NCBI GenBank assembly: GCA_021792255.1
Contig: JAJYUZ010000001.1
Span: forward strand, 288,001-352,000
Direction: 5' to 3'
DNA: 64,000 bases
Source: Thermoplasmata archaeon
GTDB taxonomy: Archaea > Thermoplasmatota > Thermoplasmata > Thermoplasmatales > GCA-001856825
Made by a program: the position numbers and the translations under genes. Shown here in pieces: positions 40,188-48,808 of this stretch. Under the pieces are notes generated by a model. That model was not told the origin of the DNA and did not search any database. It saw only the letters and a list, made by a program, of their open reading frames with translations. The first letter of the stretch is position 1. Each line of letters starts with the position of its first letter.

Positions 40188-40439
40188 TTGAAAATCGACA
40201 AGAAAGCGAGGGCAGCGATCATAATATTCGCTGAGGGCGTCATTGTCTATTTTATCACCTCCTATTTCATAATAGGTCCTCTTTTCCGAGAGTTCTACGT
40301 CAGCCAGCCCGTGGTCGGTCAGCTTCCGTATATTACTGCTTACATTTCGGTGGGAATTGCAGCCGCGTTCACTAGCATAGCCCTGGTCGTCTACCCTGCA
40401 TTGAAGTTTAGAGAGTCTGGTGAGGAAGTTGGACAATAA
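40188..40439 (+). CDS. Small 2-TM protein heading the oxidase operon
   Basis: Two hydrophobic helices; overlaps the start of oxidase subunit II. Confidence 0.65.
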   Translation: MKIDKKARAAIIIFAEGVIVYFITSYFIIGPLFREFYVSQPVVGQLPYITAYISVGIAAAFTSIALVVYPALKFRESGEEVGQ

Positions 40440-40866
40440 GACTAAAGTGGAACTGATCTGGATTGTTGCGGTCATTGCAATCCTGGGCTGGGCAGCAGTT
40501 TCGAACGCTTCCTACCTCCACACAAATTCGGTCAATATTGCAAACCCGGTCGGAAGTAGTCCAGAGGGAGTCGTTATCAACGTAACTGGCTATCAATGGG
40601 CTTGGGCCTTCCAGTATCCCAACGGAACTATTAGCACTGATGTTTTGTATCTAAACAATAACACAACCTATACTCTTATGGTCTCAAGCAAGGACGTCAT
40701 CCACGATCTTTACATCCCCCAGTTCGGAGTGAATGTCTACGCGGTGAATGGACATCCTAACCAGATAACGTTCAAGCCTACGAAGGCTGGGACTTACATA
40801 TTTGAATGTGTGGAGTACTGTGGCGAATACCACTACGAGATGAGGGGGACGGTGGTGGTCACTTAA
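40420..40866 (+). CDS. coxB: Heme-copper oxidase subunit II (CuA, single TM)
   Basis: GYQWAWAFQY, DVIHDLYIP, CVEYCGEYHYEM. Confidence 0.95.
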   Translation: MRKLDNKTKVELIWIVAVIAILGWAAVSNASYLHTNSVNIANPVGSSPEGVVINVTGYQWAWAFQYPNGTISTDVLYLNNNTTYTLMVSSKDVIHDLYIPQFGVNVYAVNGHPNQITFKPTKAGTYIFECVEYCGEYHYEMRGTVVVT

Positions 40867-42503
40867 TGGGCTTTTCTTTTGAGCTTGCAGTATTTGGTTC
40901 CACCATCGCAATATTGATCATAATGGGATTCCTCCTGTACTATTTTGCAGTCGATTATAGAAGGAACCTTCTCGGTAACGGAAATTCGGAACTTCCGAAG
41001 AAGGAATCCAATGCCATTCTCTCAAAAATGAGTAGGGAACTGAGCTTCACTGCATTCATAATGGACGACAGCAAGTCGATCGGTATCAGGTACATAATTA
41101 CGAGTCTTGCGTTGTTCTTTATAGCGGGACTTGCGGGGATAGGAATGAGATTATCACTCTGGTTTCCAAACCCCAGTTTCCTTACGCCAGTTCAGTACAA
41201 CATCCTTCTCACTGCTCACGGAACGCTTATGTTATACGGGTGGGCAGTCGGAGGTATCCTGGGCCTAAGCTATTATTTGCTTCCTACTTCGATTCGGCTC
41301 AGGAAAGATTCGCTTGGGGTTGTAAGCTCAATAATGTACTGGATGTTCTTGGTTGGCTCACTATTCATTATCTTTTCTAGGAGTACTGCTACTTGGTACT
41401 TTTACTACCCACTGGTCGACCAACTCACCGCATCGGGTGGAGGGACACTTTCCTTCGGTAGTCTCATAGGAGTCATGCTCATACTCGTAGCAACTGTCGT
41501 GTCGAGCATCATATTCCTGAAGATGATCTTCCTTGATAGGGATGAGTCGATCAGGCTGTCAAACCTTCCCCTATTCGCTTGGTCAATTGTATCGACTGCA
41601 TTCTTGATAATCGCTTCCGCTCCAGTATCTATTATCGCAGATGGATTCCTAATATACGACCTCATAAACCCGATATTCTTTCAAGCAGCGAACGGCACTG
41701 CTCTTGCATATGCAATCCTCTTCTGGTTCTGGGGGCATCCTATAGTCTATGTTGCGGTCATACCTGCATTTGGACTCATTTATGAACTTCTTCCGAGATT
41801 TACTGGAACGAAGATATACAGCTACAAGGCGGGAGTTCTTTCCCTGCTGTTGCTCATGGTTCTCAGTGGCACCGTCTGGGGGCACCACCTGTTCAACAGT
41901 GGTCTTGGAACCGTCTGGGACCTTATCTTTTCGACCACCTCTTTCATCGTTGCAGTACCATCAGCTATGTCCGTTTTTAACTGGATAGCGACTATGTGGG
42001 TCGGAAGGATTAGAATTACCGTTCCCACTTTGTTCATAATCAATGCAATTATCGATTTCATCATTGGTGGAGTTTCTGGAGTGATGGCTGCTGATGTCGG
42101 AGTAAATCAGCTCATTCACGGGACTTACGCCATAACCGCACACTTTCACTTCATACTTCTGGGCCTAACGACTGGGATGGCCTTCGCTGCAATCTACGTG
42201 TTGTTTCCTACCCTTACCGGGGGAAGAAATTACAACATTCCAATGGCAAAGGTACACTTCTATCTGACCTCGATTGGTACCTGGGTGATGTCTGGATTTT
42301 GGCTCGTAGGTGGTTTTGCGGGAATGCCGAGAAGAGTCGCAGGTTATTTCGGTATCTTTCAGACTTATCAGGACGCAGCAGCCATAGGAGGAGTCATACT
42401 GGGACTGGGGTATCTGATATTCTTGATAAACTTCCTTTACTCGGGGAGTAGACCAGTTGAGACAGGAACGGGAAACATCCTGGAAGAGGAGGTATCAGCG
42501 TGA
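40866..42503 (+). CDS. coxA: Heme-copper oxidase subunit I (non-A1; GHPIVY)
   Basis: TAHGTLM, FWFWGHPIVY, WGHHLF, AHFHF, GMPRR; TAATG overlap with coxB. Confidence 0.95.
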   Translation: MGFSFELAVFGSTIAILIIMGFLLYYFAVDYRRNLLGNGNSELPKKESNAILSKMSRELSFTAFIMDDSKSIGIRYIITSLALFFIAGLAGIGMRLSLWFPNPSFLTPVQYNILLTAHGTLMLYGWAVGGILGLSYYLLPTSIRLRKDSLGVVSSIMYWMFLVGSLFIIFSRSTATWYFYYPLVDQLTASGGGTLSFGSLIGVMLILVATVVSSIIFLKMIFLDRDESIRLSNLPLFAWSIVSTAFLIIASAPVSIIADGFLIYDLINPIFFQAANGTALAYAILFWFWGHPIVYVAVIPAFGLIYELLPRFTGTKIYSYKAGVLSLLLLMVLSGTVWGHHLFNSGLGTVWDLIFSTTSFIVAVPSAMSVFNWIATMWVGRIRITVPTLFIINAIIDFIIGGVSGVMAADVGVNQLIHGTYAITAHFHFILLGLTTGMAFAAIYVLFPTLTGGRNYNIPMAKVHFYLTSIGTWVMSGFWLVGGFAGMPRRVAGYFGIFQTYQDAAAIGGVILGLGYLIFLINFLYSGSRPVETGTGNILEEEVSA

Positions 42504-43063
42504 GAAAGACGACTCCGCTAGCAATTTTTGTGATAGTGTTGCTTGCTGCCGGCGGATCATTTGTCTGGTTTGTGGAGCAATCCGGGGGTAGCTCGGCGAC
42601 AACAATAGCTCCCTACAATTCGACGCAGGTCATAGTTCTCTATGCCAACTATCAGGGATGGAACTACAATTCCTCCATTCCGAACCCCACTCTCTATGAA
42701 AAGACTCACGTTCTCCTGGAATTCAAGGTGATAGAACAGGACAATCTACCTCATACTCTTACTATCAATCCTGGTTCCAACGAAAGCGCCTCTAATTACA
42801 TAGTGAGCGTGAATATCCCTGCAGTTACAGGCACTATTGTCTGGGTAAACTGGTCCTTTGCAAATCCGGGGATCTACACATATTGGTGCGAGGTTCATCC
42901 AGAGACAATGGTGGGAAAACTGGTTCTGAATTCCACAACGAGCAATACCACAAATGCGTCCGTCGCATCGCCCCTACCCCCTGAAATAGCTGATATCGTT
43001 GGTTATTCAAGTTCGATACACAGCCCATACGCTCTAAGGGATGCGAATGAAGAAGTTTGGTAA
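42500..43063 (+). CDS. Membrane-anchored blue (type 1) copper protein, cupredoxin fold
   Basis: N-terminal TM; LPHTLTI and YTYWCEVHPETMVG provide His/Cys/His/Met ligands; GTGA overlap with coxA. Confidence 0.88.
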   Translation: MRKTTPLAIFVIVLLAAGGSFVWFVEQSGGSSATTIAPYNSTQVIVLYANYQGWNYNSSIPNPTLYEKTHVLLEFKVIEQDNLPHTLTINPGSNESASNYIVSVNIPAVTGTIVWVNWSFANPGIYTYWCEVHPETMVGKLVLNSTTSNTTNASVASPLPPEIADIVGYSSSIHSPYALRDANEEVW

Positions 43064-43916
43064 ACTATTTGGTTTGACTAAACCCGGAATCGCAGTTCTC
43101 CTTGACCTGGTAGCCGTCACAACTTTTGTGCTTGGACTCCGGAGTTTGAGCGACCTTTGGAAGATAGTGCCGCTTCTCGTTTCGGGAACACTCGCATCGT
43201 TTTCTTCCTCACTGGCTAACAACTTCATCGATAGAGACATCGACTCAAGAATGCGCAGAACCGAGTGGCGGTCTTCAATAGGAAGCAGAATAGGGTATTT
43301 CGTGTCGATCCCCTTATTACTGGGAATTTCTCTCTCGGTTGCGTACCTGTTTCTCAATTCCACGACTGCATTGTGGATTTTCGGAGGTTTCCTAAGCTAT
43401 TCGTTTCTCTATACCGTGGTCCTAAAGAGACGGACGTCTTGGAACATAGTTATTGGTGGAATTGCTGGTTCATTCCCTGCTCTTGCAGGGTGGTCAGCGG
43501 TAAATTCACCATACTCTTTGGTGTCGATATTTGTCGCATCGATCGTGTTCCTCTGGACACCAACCCACTTTTGGACCCTAGCACTCAAGTACAAGGATGA
43601 TTACAGAGATGCAAATATCCCCATGCTACCGGCAGTCAGAGATGAGAATTTTACTATTAATGCGATTATTGTGAACACCATAATCTTGATCGCGTTCTCA
43701 TTCCTTCCTTTAGCCATAAATATGGGTTTCCCGATACTTTACGACGTGCTGGTGGTCCCGATTTCGGCCTATTTCCTTGTGAGAGTTTTACTGTTGAAAT
43801 TCAAGAAGGGAAGTGCCTTGTTGAAGTCATCGCTTGGGGCTTTTCTCGCGAGCAACTATTATCTTACGGCATTTCTAGTCATCGTGATTGTTGGCACTGC
43901 AATAAGATTGGTGTGA
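43041..43916 (+). CDS. cyoE: Protoheme IX farnesyltransferase (heme O synthase)
   Basis: LTKPG, NNFIDRDIDSRMRRT, YTVVLKRRT, NIVIGGIAG, WTPTHFW, DYRDANIPMLP. Confidence 0.95.
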   Translation: MRMKKFGKLFGLTKPGIAVLLDLVAVTTFVLGLRSLSDLWKIVPLLVSGTLASFSSSLANNFIDRDIDSRMRRTEWRSSIGSRIGYFVSIPLLLGISLSVAYLFLNSTTALWIFGGFLSYSFLYTVVLKRRTSWNIVIGGIAGSFPALAGWSAVNSPYSLVSIFVASIVFLWTPTHFWTLALKYKDDYRDANIPMLPAVRDENFTINAIIVNTIILIAFSFLPLAINMGFPILYDVLVVPISAYFLVRVLLLKFKKGSALLKSSLGAFLASNYYLTAFLVIVIVGTAIRLV

Positions 43917-43920
43917 GAAG

Positions 43921-45264
43921 ATGCAAAAAAAACTTCTAAACGCTCTGCCATTGGTTGCTATCTACATTTTTTGGAATGCCCCCTTTCTGCTCAAGGGGTT
44001 TACCGTCCAGAGCGGTGTTCTCGGAGAGTTCATCCTCCTCGAGGTGGGGGTGCTTGCTTTTTTCACTGTGGCTGCTCTGTACACCGGTAGATTGGGCAGG
44101 TTGTACTTCGCTCTGTCTCTGTGGTCGATCATTTTCGGAGTGACGTTTGGAAGCGTGAGCGAAGCTAGGTTCAGTCCATTCTTCTTTGTCGCTTTTGTGA
44201 TAGCGATCCGATTCTTCTTATCGAACAGGGAGAAAGGCGATCTGTCTGTCGGTTCAGCATCTGTCGCATTATTTTTCATACTCCTCTTACTCTCGACGAG
44301 TCTAAGATTCGTTCACTTGAACTCTGTTACACCTAGTTCCGGCTATCTCTTTTCCATATACGACAACACATCACATTTGGGCGTTCCAATCACCTACGTT
44401 TATGGACTGGTTTTCGCAATAGGTCAAGTCAGCCTTACCCTGTCTCCCATAACGGCGCTTCTATTCCCTCTGATTGCTTATTTGACTGCAGACAATACTT
44501 TCCTGATAGTCCGTTCATTCAGGTCCATTGGAGGATCTTCTATAACTGCAGCTATCGTAACAGCAATTGCATGCCAGTGTGAGAATACTATAGGACTGAT
44601 ATCTGGTACGGTATCTTCGCTGGCGCTTTCAATTCTCCCCTACTTCATCTTCTTGGCTGCTGGAATGTTGATTCTCACTAATTTTTATCTGCACCGACCA
44701 AGGAAATTGTTGGTCCCCCGGATAAACAGACTTTCTGCCCTTCTATTTTTCATTTTGACGCTCGCAGTAGAATTCGCTATAGTCTATACAGGTGCGATCT
44801 ACAATCTAGCGGTGTTCGGATTCAATTCATTTCTCTCGCTCTTTTCTGGATTTCTGTTGGGTCAGGTCACTGGAGTCAAGTGGAGGATGCCCGTCCATTA
44901 TGTTGCGTTTGCATTTGCGCTGCAGACTGTTCTGTTCATTCCGTCGCTCATAAGGTACGCTCTAGTTTCACCACCATTCTTTGAATTGTACAGCGTTGCT
45001 GGAATGGCGGCGGGATTCATCATCTCTTTATCGTTTAGAAACAGAGACAATCTCTCAAGGATAGGCATATTCGAATTCGTGTTCTCGATGGAGGCTATGA
45101 TCGCATCTGTGTTGTTGTACCTGACACTGTTCTCTGTTTCATTCTTTTCAGGCTATTCAGAGATAGCTGTGATAGACTTCTCGGTTTTCATCCTCTTGGT
45201 CAGTCTCCCGGCAATGTGGTTTTCTAACATTTACCTACTTAGTGTCAGGGCTTTTGGAAGCTAG
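43921..45264 (+). CDS. Uncharacterised polytopic membrane protein with a CxC motif
   Basis: About 12 hydrophobic segments; AIACQCENTIG; starts 4 nt after the cyoE stop. Confidence 0.75.
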   Translation: MQKKLLNALPLVAIYIFWNAPFLLKGFTVQSGVLGEFILLEVGVLAFFTVAALYTGRLGRLYFALSLWSIIFGVTFGSVSEARFSPFFFVAFVIAIRFFLSNREKGDLSVGSASVALFFILLLLSTSLRFVHLNSVTPSSGYLFSIYDNTSHLGVPITYVYGLVFAIGQVSLTLSPITALLFPLIAYLTADNTFLIVRSFRSIGGSSITAAIVTAIACQCENTIGLISGTVSSLALSILPYFIFLAAGMLILTNFYLHRPRKLLVPRINRLSALLFFILTLAVEFAIVYTGAIYNLAVFGFNSFLSLFSGFLLGQVTGVKWRMPVHYVAFAFALQTVLFIPSLIRYALVSPPFFELYSVAGMAAGFIISLSFRNRDNLSRIGIFEFVFSMEAMIASVLLYLTLFSVSFFSGYSEIAVIDFSVFILLVSLPAMWFSNIYLLSVRAFGS

Positions 45265-47193
45265 TCCAACCTTTATCACATTTCTAATGTCGTAGAAATG
45301 TATGTTATCGTACGGACAGGCAAGGATGCAAGATCCGGAACCGACGCACTTCGAACTCTTGAAGTATCCGTTCTTTATGAATTGAGCAGGCAGATCCCCC
45401 AGTCCCACTTCGCACGCGGTCACACAATCCTTGGTGGGGCACTTTGCGCATACGTTAGAATCTATCGCCTTGATTCTGAAAAAACCAAGTCTGCTGAAGA
45501 ACCCTACGAAAACTCCAGTTGTGCACCACCCGTATCTCCTGCAGGGGCTCATTCCAACGAAAGGGATTGAGATGAAGAAGAGGTACCACAGCAAATTCCA
45601 AATTAGGTACGAATAAAGGATGGCGGGATCGAAAGGAAGTTTGATGAGTTCTACTGATATTGCAAAGCTAGCAACGGCAGAAGCGAGCATGAACATCCAG
45701 CTACCCCCTGCAATTTTCTTTACAAAAGGCGAATATCTGCTGCCTATGTTCTTTTTGCTTATTTTCGATTTGTAGTTCAACTCGATCATTTCTTGACCGA
45801 GAGTACCGCCGTACATTACTGCAGAAGGGCACAGTGTGCTGCAGTAAGAGCGTCGTCCGAACAGCAGGGCCAGCACGGCGTAGACCGCATACGAGAGGAC
45901 CATCGGTAAAATCAGGTCTCCTCTTACCGGCCCCAGTGCACCAACGTTTGCCCAGAGAGGGATTCTCGACCAACCGGCGACATAACTGGGACCATAGAGA
46001 GTGTAGGTGAAGTAAGCGAGCAGAGCGAAGGAGAGGCTGATCCTCTTTTCTAACCACTTGATCTTCTTCATTCTGAACAATACGAGTGCTCCCATCTCCA
46101 GACCCATCAAAAAGAGAAACACGGGAGAGGCCGCAGTGACCGCAATGAAAGGAATAATGGAGAGGTAAACGTTGCTCACGAGTGCAGGTCTCACTGCCTC
46201 AGTTATGAGATATGATAACGAACTCAAACCAGATCCACGGAGCGTGTACAATCCGGCAAGTATGTCGAGAGGAATGCTCATGATCAATTCAGCGACAAAT
46301 GTTCCAGATAGCAGGAAAAATAACCACATCTTTTTGACGATCCAGCCATCCACTGTCCGCACATCCCTTCCCGTAAATACGAAAAAGAAGTAGAGCCCCA
46401 TTCCAACTAGCACTGATATAGCATAAAATGACCAACTTACCAGATTATCTGAGCCCAGAGAATATGACAAGAAAAAACCTATCGAATTGAGTAGATAGAC
46501 GAAAAGAGATATGTCTATTATTCTCTTCTTTTCAGAAATGATTTTGCTCTTTGAATTGGATGCCTCTTCTAGGAGGATTATCATCCCCGCAACCATGATG
46601 AGCGCATTTGCGGCTAGCAACTCGAGATGAAACGAGGAAAACAAAGCGGGGGAAGCTATATCCATTCCCGCCAGTGCAATCAGAAGATACCTTACCGTCC
46701 CCTTTATTCTGAAGAACAATATGGATGCCACCATTTCGACTTCCATAGGTAGCACAAAATACAGAGAATTGATGGTCTGAGGGATATCAATAAGCGTGTT
46801 GCTACTGAACTTGAAACCCAGGACTATTAGGACAAATACCGTCATCAGGACTTCGTTCAGGACGAAAGTCGCCGGCAAGAAGATCCTGTCGGTCTTCAAC
46901 CCTCCCTTCCATTCCATAGAGTAGAAGAAGAATAGAAGGACCAGGAAAGAGACCATTGGAACCATTATTATGTTTATTGCAACGACAGAATTCAGGAACC
47001 CCTTAGGTTCCACCAGATACCAGCTCAGGCCGACAAACATGCTGGCCATCATCACGAGGATGTAGTACAAAGCGTACTTCATCTTCTTGGATACGTTCAT
47101 TCTGGAGAATGTGAATTCAGCGTACAGAATGAAGAATACCATGAAGGATATTATTCCCAGGGCGATCATTTCTCCAGAAGACACTATTTTCAA
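45235..47193 (-). CDS. Membrane-bound 4Fe-4S protein of NapH/CcoG(RdxA)-like type with extended N-terminal TM region
   Basis: GRRSYCSTLCP, PCRRYGWC, CAKCPTKDCVTAC, CVGSGSCILACP; many TM helices. Confidence 0.85.
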   Translation of the reverse strand: MKIVSSGEMIALGIISFMVFFILYAEFTFSRMNVSKKMKYALYYILVMMASMFVGLSWYLVEPKGFLNSVVAINIIMVPMVSFLVLLFFFYSMEWKGGLKTDRIFLPATFVLNEVLMTVFVLIVLGFKFSSNTLIDIPQTINSLYFVLPMEVEMVASILFFRIKGTVRYLLIALAGMDIASPALFSSFHLELLAANALIMVAGMIILLEEASNSKSKIISEKKRIIDISLFVYLLNSIGFFLSYSLGSDNLVSWSFYAISVLVGMGLYFFFVFTGRDVRTVDGWIVKKMWLFFLLSGTFVAELIMSIPLDILAGLYTLRGSGLSSLSYLITEAVRPALVSNVYLSIIPFIAVTAASPVFLFLMGLEMGALVLFRMKKIKWLEKRISLSFALLAYFTYTLYGPSYVAGWSRIPLWANVGALGPVRGDLILPMVLSYAVYAVLALLFGRRSYCSTLCPSAVMYGGTLGQEMIELNYKSKISKKNIGSRYSPFVKKIAGGSWMFMLASAVASFAISVELIKLPFDPAILYSYLIWNLLWYLFFISIPFVGMSPCRRYGWCTTGVFVGFFSRLGFFRIKAIDSNVCAKCPTKDCVTACEVGLGDLPAQFIKNGYFKSSKCVGSGSCILACPYDNIHFYDIRNVIKVGLASKSPDTK

Positions 47194-47381
47194 GATTTAA
47201 CCTCAATTAAAAAAACTTTCTTAGTCGCCAAGCTATCAAACTTGAGCTGATTTTCCCTATAAAAAGACGAGAAGAGATTTTGTGGCATTGACCACGATCT
47301 TCGCGGAGGGGGAACGACCTCAGAAGGACGTTCTTGGCTTGAACTTCCGGATAACTCGTCTCATATCCTATCAAGGAAATC

Positions 47382-47993
47382 TCAGGTCGGAATCAGAGTT
47401 GAGGCGAGGCCCGGATAGTGTACGAGAATTGGAAAGAGGGACCAGATGATAAAATGCACGGTTGAAGAGAGAAGGCAATTTTTTGTAAATTTTGCCAAAA
47501 GCCCATAGAAAATCCCCATACCGAAAACAGACGATAGCATCAGAAGATTGTACGGGTATGGATAGCCTGCTCCGTTGTCTGCAATCACGTACTTTGAATA
47601 GTATAAGACGTAGACGAGTGCCTGGACGATGAGAGATAGGTAGGGAGAGATCGACCTTAGAAACAACCGCTGAAGCAGATATCTAAAATTAAATTCCTCG
47701 ATGAGGATGGGTGCGATGAGAATACTGGGAAGCACTACCGCCCAACTAGGGTCCGTAATAGAGAAGTAGAATACTGTAATCACGAAACTCAAAAGGAGCA
47801 TCGAGAAAGGGACGATGGAAGACTTAAAATCTAGACTAATTTCAGTCCTGAAAAGATAGACAGAAAGGGGAATGGTGATAATCCCCGTTACAATGTTCAG
47901 GAAGAAGAATATACGACTGTTCATTAAGATAAAGAGAAAGCTAGTCGCGATAAATATCAGAAAAATAGCAACCAAAAAGTACTTCTTATTCAA
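47382..47993 (-). CDS. CPBP/Abi (CAAX protease-like) membrane protein, degenerate motifs
   Basis: APILIEEFNFRYLL motif 1. Motif 2 His is missing (VYVLYYS) and motif 4 reads HFIIW. Start TTG 47993 is inferred; the track start at 48098 overlaps the Rieske gene. Confidence 0.7.
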   Translation of the reverse strand: MNKKYFLVAIFLIFIATSFLFILMNSRIFFFLNIVTGIITIPLSVYLFRTEISLDFKSSIVPFSMLLLSFVITVFYFSITDPSWAVVLPSILIAPILIEEFNFRYLLQRLFLRSISPYLSLIVQALVYVLYYSKYVIADNGAGYPYPYNLLMLSSVFGMGIFYGLLAKFTKNCLLSSTVHFIIWSLFPILVHYPGLASTLIPT

Positions 47994-48073
47994 TTCAGTT
48001 CGGTGCTTAATTATCCTTAAAATTAATAAGTTTACTAAAAAGATTAAAATACTTTCCATCAATTTGACTTTGA

Positions 48074-48799
48074 ATGAATGAGGGGATCGATGAAACAAAG
48101 CGAAATTTTCTCAAGTTAATGGTTACTGCATCTGTCGTTGCCGGTGCCGGTCTATCTCTTGGAGTCGTCGTTAAATCCCTTTCTCCACCGCAGGCAGGGA
48201 TAAACAGTTTCCCAACTCTAAAGCTGGTAGACTCTTCTGGTAATCCAGTGCTAACATCGAGCCTTCCCACGAATGATCCCTCTGCGATGCAATTCAGTTA
48301 TCCTCTCCAGAGCACTCCTAATTTCTTATTGAGTATAGGAGATTCAAATGGAACGCCAGTCAACATTGGCGCAACACAGGTTTCTATACCCGCCACAGGT
48401 GCCACTTACCAGTCATATTCGGGAGTCGGTAAGAATGGATCTGTAGTTGCGTACAGTGCAATTTGCCAGCATCTGGGTTGTATATTTCCAGAACTCAGGT
48501 TTTACCCGGCCGGCGTAGAATCTATTACTCTTGGTGGGAAGACTTACACGGGCGTCCTCCACTGTCTCTGTCACGGGAGCACTTACGATCCTGAGAAGGG
48601 TTGTTCAGTGCTGACCGGACCGACAACCCATCCTCTTCCAATGATCAAGTTGGTCTGGGATTCTTCTACGGACGAGCTGTACGTATCGAACATGGTAGGT
48701 CCTACCATCTACGGAAGGGCATCAGACTTGACCGGAGAGACCCCAATATCCGGTACCACCACAGAGGTGACCAACTTGGGGAATCCATTTACTGCGTGA
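48074..48799 (+). CDS. Rieske 2Fe-2S protein (SoxL/SoxF-like)
   Basis: Tat-like KRNFLK plus TM; CQHLGC and CLCHGSTYD boxes. Confidence 0.95.
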   Translation: MNEGIDETKRNFLKLMVTASVVAGAGLSLGVVVKSLSPPQAGINSFPTLKLVDSSGNPVLTSSLPTNDPSAMQFSYPLQSTPNFLLSIGDSNGTPVNIGATQVSIPATGATYQSYSGVGKNGSVVAYSAICQHLGCIFPELRFYPAGVESITLGGKTYTGVLHCLCHGSTYDPEKGCSVLTGPTTHPLPMIKLVWDSSTDELYVSNMVGPTIYGRASDLTGETPISGTTTEVTNLGNPFTA

Positions 48800-48808
48800 G
48801 GAGCAAAG

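Noticed and set aside
47221-47365. Short complementary segments (gccaag/cttggc, agacgag/ctcgtct, gagg/cctc) suggesting a structured ncRNA
   Set aside because: The stems are short and could arise by chance; this cannot be supported without covariation or expression data.
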